Shown here piece by piece: positions 54,171 to 64,000 of a stretch of 64,000 nt of DNA. How positions within the stretch are numbered: position 1 is the first letter of the stretch; each line of letters opens with the position of its first letter. The position numbers were made by a program, and so were the translations under genes. Under the pieces are notes generated by a model that did not search any database, was not told the origin of the DNA, and worked only from the letters and a program-made list of their open reading frames with translations. This DNA comes from Nageia nagi (lineage: Eukaryota; Plantae; Pinophyta), in contig JBITNC010000002.1 of assembly GCA_050084985.1 (NCBI GenBank), positions 23,622,001 through 23,686,000 of the forward strand, read 5' to 3'.

Positions 54171-55469
54171 TGAAAGTTCTTAGACCCAAGATCACCTTGA
54201 AGTGTTTCTCTACTCTTTAAAAACAACTCAAGAATGCTCTCAAATAATCATACACACAAGTGACATAAGCAAGTATTGTAGTTCCTCTTTATCAAGAGAG
54301 TACTCTACTTTAAGCTAAATTCTATTACTTCTCAAGATACAAGACTCTCTTACGACAACTCTTCCTCCTTCTCCTAACAACCCTAGAGCATAATAATACT
54401 ACAAACTTGAGTGAGTAATCTTAAGGAGAGGGCCCTCTATTTATAGGCCAAAATGCTCCCTTGGATCACTCTTTTAAGCATTATACAAAATCATGTCATG
54501 CATCACCCTTTTACCCAAGGGGGGTGCTCATGAGATGGAGTGTAGAAAAAGTTATATGTGGACAAGTTTGCATATTTAATTCACTAAATACTTAAAAGGT
54601 ATTTAAGAATACTTTTAAGTATCTAGTGGATTAAGTAATAAATTACATAAAGAATGGAGATATTATTATTTAGATACCTCCCAAAAGAAAAATATTTACA
54701 ATAGTGTATTATTAATTCTAATACTCTTAATGCAATATTGGGGTAGAAAGAAGAAAATATAAAAAGAGAGTGTACGAGAGTTCTCCTCTTTAAGAAATAC
54801 AATCTAAGATAAGAACTTGACATCTTGAGAAATAATGCAATCTTCCCAAGGCTCGTCTACATAACTATTTTTTAAAATAAAATGGTTTATAATACATCAA
54901 TCATAAACTATAAATGGTTTCAATTTAGTAGTAGTGATTGACATGATGAGCCTTCATGAGCCTGCATACCTGAAGTAACCTACAATTTCTAAAAGAAACC
55001 TACAAACTACAAGTAGGTCATAAACAAGATTAATTATATACATTATATATACATTCATATCAACATAAGACAAATGAATCAAATAATACCATCTAAAATT
55101 TGATCAAATGGTGCATTATAAATCATCACAAGGATACTAAGAAACCATATAGTCACTTATTGTATAAAATATATGTTGATCATCATCAAAGCATATGATA
55201 CAAAATATGCACATACTATTTCATTACAGATGGATAACTAAAGAGTACTCATAATAATCCATCATACGCATAAAGTGTACTAACAAGTTCATCACACATG
55301 AATAACTAAGCATAAAATGTACACACCAAGATGAAGCAAAGTGCACAAACAAGCTCCTCATGCATGGAGGACTAAGTATAAAAAGTGCATAATCAATATC
55401 AACACTATACAACCAAAAATCCTTCTATAGGTGAAGGTGATGTCATAAACAATTATTCATCAAGAATTC

Positions 55470-58400
55470 AAACTTCACTCCCCCTTGAGGAAAACTTCAC
55501 CAACCCAATAGACTCCCTAAGCTTGTATAACTGATCCTTGGGGAGAGGTTTGGTGAATAAATTAATGGATTTTAAGTTCAATGGATAATATTGTAGCTAC
55601 AGAGTCCCATCTAGAACTTTCTCCCTAATGAAATGAGCTTGGATTTCAACATGCTTTGTTCTCTTATGGTAAAGAGGATTCTTGGCTATTTAAGCAATGG
55701 CTAATTGACTATCTAAAGAAATTTGGGTGGAACTAGATTGTTTAGACCCAATTTTTTTCATAATATTTCTCAACCAAATAACATCCTAGGTTGCAACTAT
55801 CATAGCTCTATATTCTACCTCTATAGTGGGAAGAGTGATGGTGGGCTGCTTCTTGGAAGTCCAAGAGATAGCATCTAAAGCAATGTTGAACACATAAGCT
55901 AAAGTAGATATGTTGCATCTTTTTCATCTCCATAGTCATAGTATAAGAATCTTAAAATAACAAAGAAAGGTAACTTGGTATATTTGAGGGAAAGATCCTT
56001 AGTTCTTGCAATATATTTCAAGATATTTTTAGTTGTAGAGAAATGCTCAACATAAGGTTTCTACATAAACCTTGCCATCAAATAAACTACATAATAAATA
56101 TTTGATTGATATATAGTCAAATAAAGTAGACTACTAATAAGTTGCCTATATGTTGTAGTATCTACTAACCGAGAGTTAGAGTCGATCTCTAACTTCATTT
56201 CAGGAGACACCGAGATATCCAAAGGCTTGCATTCTTCCATTCCAAACTTTTGTAAAATATGTTAGATATATTTGGATTTACTAAGGTAAGTACAATTCTT
56301 ATATTGATACACTTACATACCAAGATAGTATTTTAAGGGACCAAAATTCATCATCTCATATTCTAACTTGAGCTTGGATATTCAAATTCATTGAGCACAT
56401 AGGGATCTAAATATGTGTAGTATTTAGAGAACCCAAAAGCTTTAAAGTATCCTAAAATCTTCTCATGCCAAGCTCTTGGTGCTTTGTTAAGTCCATACAA
56501 GGACTTCTTCAGCTTGCACCATGTGATTCTTTTCTAGAACAATAAACCCCTCAGGCTAACTCAAGTAGATCTCAACATCCAAGTCTCCATTGAGAAAGGC
56601 ACTTTTCACATCAAGTTGGAATATCTTCCAACTTTGGGCTACTGAAAGGGAAAGGATAATTCTAACTATAGACATATTTGCAATTAGAGCAAAGATTTCC
56701 TCATAGTTAACTCCATATTTTTTAGCAAAACCTTTAACCACCAACCTTGCCTTATATTTCTCAATCTCTCCTTTTGATTTTAACTTGACTTTGTAAACCC
56801 ATTTATTTCCAATAACATTTCTCATGGTCAGATATCAAACTAAGTGTCAAGTTCAATTTTTCATGAGAGCTTCATATTCCACCTTCATAACATCCATCTA
56901 ACAAGAGTATTTAGAAGCCTCTAGGTTGGATATAAAACTAAGTGTCCAGTTCCATTTTTCATAAGAGCTTCATATTCCACCTTCACAACATCCATCCAAC
57001 AAGAGTATTTAGAAGCCTCCTTAAAGTTGGAAGGTTCATTATGACCTTTAAGCATAGAAACAAGAGACCTATGTAAAGTCATACTTCTAGTTATTCTTTG
57101 ATTTGGAGAATTTTGCTCTTTTGGTGACTTATCTAAATTCTGATCCAACCACATAGGTAATTATTAAGGGTCATAAAGGATTTCACTTGGATATGAATCA
57201 CTAATATCTTCATTGAACTTCACATCCCTTGAAACAAACATAATTTTTTAAGGAGAGTAAATCCTATACCCTCTATGTTGACTATAATATCCCACAAAGA
57301 TGCATTTCTTATTAAATTTAAAATCTAACTTCTTCCTCTTTTCTAAAATTATTGGGGAAATACTTCACAACCAAAAATCCTTAGATTAGATATGTTAGGT
57401 TTCTTACCTACCCATACCTCATAAGGAGTTTTTTCCTTCAACTACTTTTGTGCTTACTACTTCATCCCATCCATATGGATCTATTCTTCCTTTCTGTAAA
57501 TCCATTTTGTTATCAGGTATAAGGGATGGTGAAATATCTTTTGATTCCTTAGAATCTTAATTATTAGGTTGGTTTGATTTTCAACAAAGGCTATGAACTC
57601 TTTGAACATCTAAATTTTTTTATCTTTGTACTCAAGTAGATAACCAAAGGTCATCCTACTTAAGTCATCTATGAAGGTGAGTACATAGGAAGCACTTTCA
57701 AGAGACTTAACTTGAAATGGATCTGTCAAATCTAAATGAATTAGTTGGATAAGTTGAGTAGCCCTTGTTGCATTATCCTTCTCAAAATTTTACCTTTTCA
57801 TCTTTCCTAAGATCCAACTCTCACAAATGCCAATGGTAGGTGAGATTGTAGGAAATCCTTACATAAGATTTTGACTTTTCATGAGTTGAATACTTTTGTG
57901 ATTGATATGGACCAACTTTTGATGCAAAATATTTCCTTAAAGTAAACATTTGTAGGTAGGAACATTTTTGTAGGCTCTTTATTAATTATGCAGAGATCAT
58001 TTTTGAGAGAATATTTACCAAAGTGGCCAAATCCTTCCTTATACTCCAAGAGTTAGAAGTAAAATTAAAGGAGTATCCTTTTCTTTCTACTTGAATGACT
58101 AAAATTAGATTCAATTTTAATTAAGGGACATAAAGCACATTCTCAATCACTTTACCATGTATCAAAGTGCTCCCAATTCCATGCACTTCAAGCATAGAGT
58201 TTTCACTAATCACAACCACATCCTTCTTATGTTTGTGAAAATTTTGAAACTTGTCTTTTTCAAAACACATATAGTTAGTGCATCTAGAATCTACTATCCA
58301 ATCATTTGAAGAAAAGTGAGACATGGAATAAAGGCCACAAACATAAGCACTTTTAATATTTCTCTTTCTTTTCTTTGATTTCACTTTCCCTTTTCCATTT

Positions 58401-59218
58401 TTATCTTTCTTCTTCTTGAAGCAATGAGATTCTTTGTGACTATAAATACCACAAATGTTATAATTCCCATCAAAATTCGCCTTGCCATTATTTGATTTTC
58501 CATTTTCCTCATGATATATGCTACCACTTTTCCTACTAGTCTTATGATCATGAGAATACCTCTTATAATTTTTCTTCTTAAAGTGAGTCTTACTTTTTCC
58601 TAAAGAAATGTTGTTATCCTTTGGAGTGGATCCCAACACATTCTTGTTGATGATCTCTACATGCTTTAAGAGGATCCTAGAGAGATTATCCAAAGAGAAT
58701 GATTCCTCTTCATCATCAATCCTAGTCTCAATAATAGTCACAAAGTGACTGAATTTGGATGAGAAGCTTTGAAGGATGATAAATACCATAAATTTGTCAT
58801 TGATCCAATTACAACTGTAACCCATAAGTTGGGTCCTAAGATCAATGATCTTTTTAAAGAATATTGTAACACTCTCATCCTCCCCTTGATGAGTCTACAA
58901 AAGTTGTTGGAGTATGATGAACCTTCTTGAAAACTTTTACCCAAGATATATTTGCTTGAGTTAACCCCAATCTTTTTTGTAGAAGTTGCATTTGAGAGTA
59001 TAAGTAAGATCTCATCAGAAATAGCATAAAAATCATCAAGGTAGCCAACTCATTCTTGTAGTTGTAAATCTCTAAGGTTTTACTTCCATTAGAGCTACTT
59101 GATCTTCACTGATAGTTTGCCAAAGCTTGCAATCCTAAAGCTTCACCTTCATCCTAGGTTCCCAGATTCCATAATTGGAACCATCAAGGATGTGCTTTGG
59201 TGCAAAAGATTCATCCAT
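55470..59218 (-). pseudogene. Copia E gag-pol, with frameshifts, an integrase deletion and a ~100-bp duplication at 56820-57020
   Basis: ORFs 58121-58825, 56921-57154 and 56556-56825 are homologous to the D polyprotein. Confidence 0.9.
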
Positions 59219-59229
59219 TTCCTACATAG

Positions 59230-59410
59230 GAAGATCAATTTATATTAAGAAAGCATTACACTTTTTCAAAAAAATACATAAGAAGATCAATTTAGATTAA
59301 GAAAGCATTACACTTTTTCAAAAACAATGCATAAAAGATCATTTGAGATTAAGAAAGCGTTACAAAATTGCAAGTTGATCAATCACTAGATCAAGATATT
59401 AAGGAAGCAT
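59230..59410. repeat. ~51-bp tandem repeat x3-4 in the E leader
   Basis: aagatcaattta.attaagaaagcattacactttttcaaaa unit. Confidence 0.85.
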
Positions 59411-61988
59411 CACAAAAGTATCAATATTATACTTTAAAAAAATGCATATTTGTAACAACAAATTGCAAGTTGATCAAGTTATTAACCAAACCAAGTAACT
59501 AATAAAATTACTTAATCAACATTGTAGTATTAACTAAAGTAATCAAATATGTTAAATTGAACTAATTTGTATTTAAAGTTAACCAACTTGTTTATCATTT
59601 TTGCAATTGTAAGAAACTTGTATAAATTTATGCAAGTACTTTTAATAGCATAGCAATTTGTAGTTTATGTTAGTAGTTTATAGGTTAGTAACTTAGTTTG
59701 TAGTTTCAAGTTAGTAACTTTGTAGGTTAGTAAATTTTCAATTTAATAACTTTGTAAGTTCATTATGTTAGTAGCTTGTAAGTGCATTTATTACCAAATT
59801 AGTTGTATATTAGAATATCTAATCTACTATTATTGGTTAGTGAACTTTACCTTAAGCTTGATCATATGTCTATTTTTAAAGAGCCACTAAAAAACAACAA
59901 CCACACAACAAAGGATTAGTAGTTTCCTTGGTTAGTGGTTAGTTTACATTGCAATACTTTGACAAGCTTATTCAACATGCTCTAACACAAGAGTCCTAAT
60001 AGCTCAAGAAGTAACAAATACAAACTATCTTAAGGAAAAATACAACTCTAGAGGATGAACCATCTCTATGACCATCAACTTATTTGGTTGAGTTGTGTGA
60101 TGATTTTGAAGAAGTCTCATAGTATGGTTTATTTACTTTGTAATTATGGACCACTTCTTTTACTTGACTTATTCTTCTCTCTTCTTTGCCTTCTTCCAAA
60201 TTCGATCCTTTATTTTCTCAATTTCCTTTATTCTCGCAATAAGATGCCTTATTTTCCTATGATTAGAAAACATTGTAAGATAATCCTATTTGTAATTATA
60301 AAAACAAGGTTAGAACAACTTTCTCAAATAAATTAATAACTCACTTAAGGTAAAATTCCTTCTTTTAATTTTTTAGAAAGAAAAAATAATAACTTTGCTT
60401 AAATTTCCTCCTTAGAAAAAAATTCACCCCTTTCAAAAAATATTTAACTCCCCCTTTTTTCAAAAAAAAACAAGGAATCACCCCCACTTTTTTAAAAAAG
60501 AATAACTCCCAAGAAATTAATTTAAATTCCCCTTGAAAATTTTAAGAAAACTCCCTTTTATTTTTTAAAAAAATTACTTAAAAGTCTTCTTTAGAATTCC
60601 CCCTTTAAATTTTTTTAATTAAAGTCAATAGCTTCTAACTATTTAATAAGTTCTCTAAAAAAGAGCTCCCCACATTTAAAAATAATTTTCCACTTTCAAA
60701 AATAATATAATAAATTAACTTTAAAAAGTTATCTCAAAAATATCACAAGTTTAGTAATTGCATTTTAAAAAAAATTTATTATTTCAAGGAGTAAGGCAAA
60801 GTCCCACCAATTCCTTTATTGACTTACAAATCGCTCTTTCATTTATTTCACTTAGCACATTAGATTTTAATAAAATGCAGGTTTCACCAAAATAGAAATC
60901 AAACATAATAAATGCTACACGCACAAGGACAAAAAAATTCTATAAAAAAGAACCCTTGAAGTAAAAAAAGGAAGGGGATAAGATCATATTATTACATATT
61001 GTCATATTCATTTATATAATGTTGGGCCGTTGTGCCACATCTGCTCAACTATTTGGTAGATAATTGAGAAAAAAATGAATCCTCGATATGATCAACTTTG
61101 TTGTTTAGTTACAATATCGAAACCCATGTAAATAAACACAAATATTTCTGCTAAATATTTTTTTATTATTATTCAAACAATAATATTTTAAAAAATAATA
61201 CATATTATTTTAAGAATATAACAACAATTTTGTAAAAACTAATTGTATTAGTTTTTTTAATATATATACAAAAGCATATATATATTATCAAAAAATATTG
61301 TACAATGATGTATAGTAAAAAATTTGCAAATTTTTTAAAAAAATCAATATTAAAAGAAATGCAAATTTGTATTATTATTATATATTAGCAATTTTTTTAA
61401 AAATGCTAAAAAAATGTTGGATTTAAAAAAAAATACTAATCTAACATAAAATATATTAGTATAAAAAGTGCATAACAAAGTAATTTAAAAAAAAAAAAAA
61501 ATGTAACTAACAAGTAGAAGATTGTTAGTATAAACTTGTATGTCAACATGTTATCACACCTTAGGTTATTCTTATACAAAAGGAGCTATTTTATAATAAA
61601 TTTAAGCTTATATGCAAAAAGAATGTTAAAATTAAATTTAGTAAAAATAGCTTGTGTAAGAAAAAAATGGCTTAAAGAAGCTAATTTTACCCCAAAAAAA
61701 ATTGCAAAATTAGCAAGAAATAGGCAAAATTAACCTTCAAAATAAGAGAGAAAAAAAAAAAAAAGAGAAATTATACCTTAATATAATTTTACCTCTCTCA
61801 AGATTGAAATAAGAGTAGAAAAAAGACTCCAACGATGGCTATGATACCACTTGAAAGCTCCTACATCCAAGATCACCTTAGATTGTTCATCTCTATCAAG
61901 AGAGTACTTCACTATTTAGGATCTCATATCTTAGTATTTTACTTATGATTATAGTAGTTCATTAATTAGAATATCAAATTATATTAAA

Positions 61989-64000
61989 TGTAAGAGGATT
62001 GACATATTTGTAGGATGAATCGCCATTTTGTATTCAACGACCAATTAGGGTTAGGGTAGGTAGACTATAAATATGTGTGGGAATAGAATAGTTGCCATCT
62101 TGAAAAATATATCATTTGAGTTGTAAGGAGGTAGCCCCTGAAAGTGGCCTATAATTCTTTATGGTTATTCATTGAAGTGATTTTGTTACTATCTTGTTCT
62201 ATTCATATTCATGTTGTTTATGTTGTGAGATTGGGATACATTTTGCTATTGTTTTACTATTATTGGATGGGAATCTTATTTAGGAACTTGCAGGTTCTTA
62301 ACATCTAGTATCAAAGCTTCAATTTTGGCAACTATGAGCTGGTTAAGGATTGAGATTGTATGTTTCTAGCTGAAACACTACCAAAATTTTGCTAAAACAT
62401 CAAAGTTGCATCAAGTTGGAACTCTAGCTTTTGCCCATTTTATGACTAAAACTCTACCCAAAAAAAATTTAGAATTTTGGCTAATTTTTTCCACGATAGT
62501 TCATGACCCTCATTCACACCTTGCCATTCATGTATCACACCCTTCCACTTGCCCTTCTCTTCCCTATGCATCAACCTTCATACTGCAAGTTGTCATCATT
62601 TCTAAAATAGCCATTTTTCCTTGGGGAATCATAAATTTCTTTATCATAAATAGCGACTGCTAAAATAGGAAAAAACTTCAAAGATCATTATCCTTCAAAC
62701 TATGAGGAATTAGGTGATTATGAAAAAGATAGTTTATCAAAAAATAATGACTACTAAAATAAGAAAATAATCATCATTTTGGGACCTATAAGAAATAATC
62801 ATCAGTTTCCAAAAATTGTAGTTTCTAAAAATAGTAGTTTTTAAAATAGTAAGATGGATGATGGTTGTATATACTTGGATATGGATAAATTATCATATAG
62901 AATAGACTAGATATCATACCTAATAAGTGATTCTCATCTCCCTACTACTCTTGATGAACTCAAAAATCAATAGAAGCAATATCTTCCTCATATGATACTA
63001 TAGATTGAAAGATTCAACTCCTGGAGAAAATCATAGTTCATAACACATCATCAGCTACAAGTGGATCAAGTCAATTTCAATTGTATATTAGGAAAGGCTT
63101 TCATAACTTTCAAGGATCACAACAATCCTTTATTCTTTTGATTTTTCAAGATTTGATGGTGATGACCGCACTAGCTAGTTGTATCAAGCTGAGCAATATT
63201 TCTCCTTAAATCAAATACCTAACACTCAAGAGGTCAACCTCGCCTCTTTTCACATAGAGCATGAAACCATCCAATGGTACTAATGGTTTGAAATGAAAAT
63301 GGCACCTCATCTTGAGGGGGTTTCACCCATAACCTCCTTACTAGATTTTTTCCCATTGATTTTAAAGATTCCATCAATTCCCTCACCAAATTATGCCATA
63401 TAACTACAGTGAGAGAATACCAAACTAAATTTGAAAAGCTTCCTATTTATACTAAATGATTAGATTAGGCATTCTTTCATAGTTGTTTTATCAGCAAGTA
63501 AAGGAAGAAATCTAAGTCGAAGTCAAAATGTTCAATCCTAGCAACATGATAGCAACAATAGGGCTTGTCAAATTGATGGAGGATAAGTTTAGTGTACAAC
63601 ACAAAATAACAAAGTAAACTTCTTGGAAACCACAAACTTCTCACAGCAATCACAAACCATAACACTCCTTATTGGTTAAGATATTGACTCCTACTAAGAT
63701 GGAGGAGAGTAAGAAAAAAGGGCTTTGTTATAATTGTGATGAAACCTTTGCATCGAGCCATCATTGTGTAACTCAAAAACTATATATCTTGGATGCAGAT
63801 TGCCCTATGGAACCACTTGAAGAGGATTTTGAGGATGCCATGATGGATATTGAAGAAGAATTAGACCAACCGGCTAAAGTTGTTCTTGAAATTTCTTGCA
63901 ATGCCCTCTATGGGCTTACATCTCCAAAAACCATGAAATTTCGAGGATATTTCAAGGGGAAACTATTGATAATATTGCTTGACTTAGGAAGACCTCATAA
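61989..64000 (+). mobile_element. Ty3/gypsy chromovirus (Reina-like) 5' part, running off the window
   Basis: LTR ~61989-62303; PBS tagtatcaaagc at 62306; gag FSRFDGDD..YQAEQYF..VNLASFHIE..QWY; KKGLCYNCDE..HHC; protease start IILLDLG. Confidence 0.85.

Larger units (their letters stand above)
54171..61925 (-). mobile_element. Older Ty1/copia element E, related to D
   Basis: 3' LTR 54171-54723; partial 5' LTR from 61852; PBS revcomp tggtatcatagcc 61837-61849; gag-pol colinear with D; ~2.6-kb leader. Confidence 0.9.

Overview
AT-rich plant nuclear DNA, most likely a conifer or other gymnosperm (inferred from the heavily CG/CHG-eroded nested retroelements and a DIR-f-like dirigent gene). The only intact host gene is an intronless dirigent gene (51740-52249, minus). 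The rest is nested transposon debris: L1-like LINE pieces, five Ty1/copia elements (A 3849-14730 containing B 5321-10136; truncated CpG-rich C 22643-24450; young D 38717-47673; its older relative E 54171-~61925), a Sirevirus-like solo LTR, Ty3/gypsy pieces, two TIR elements and unassigned decayed multi-exon genes. Element D stands out. Its 494-bp LTRs differ at only 2 sites and contain no CG or CHG site. Its ~3.2-kb leader looks like one large intron carrying captured host exons (PLS-PPR pieces, a DUF707 fragment) and a ~400-nt densely base-paired RNA domain. Its 3' region holds a 58-bp tandem array bracketed by two identical PPT sequences. All calls were made by eye, without database searches or folding software.
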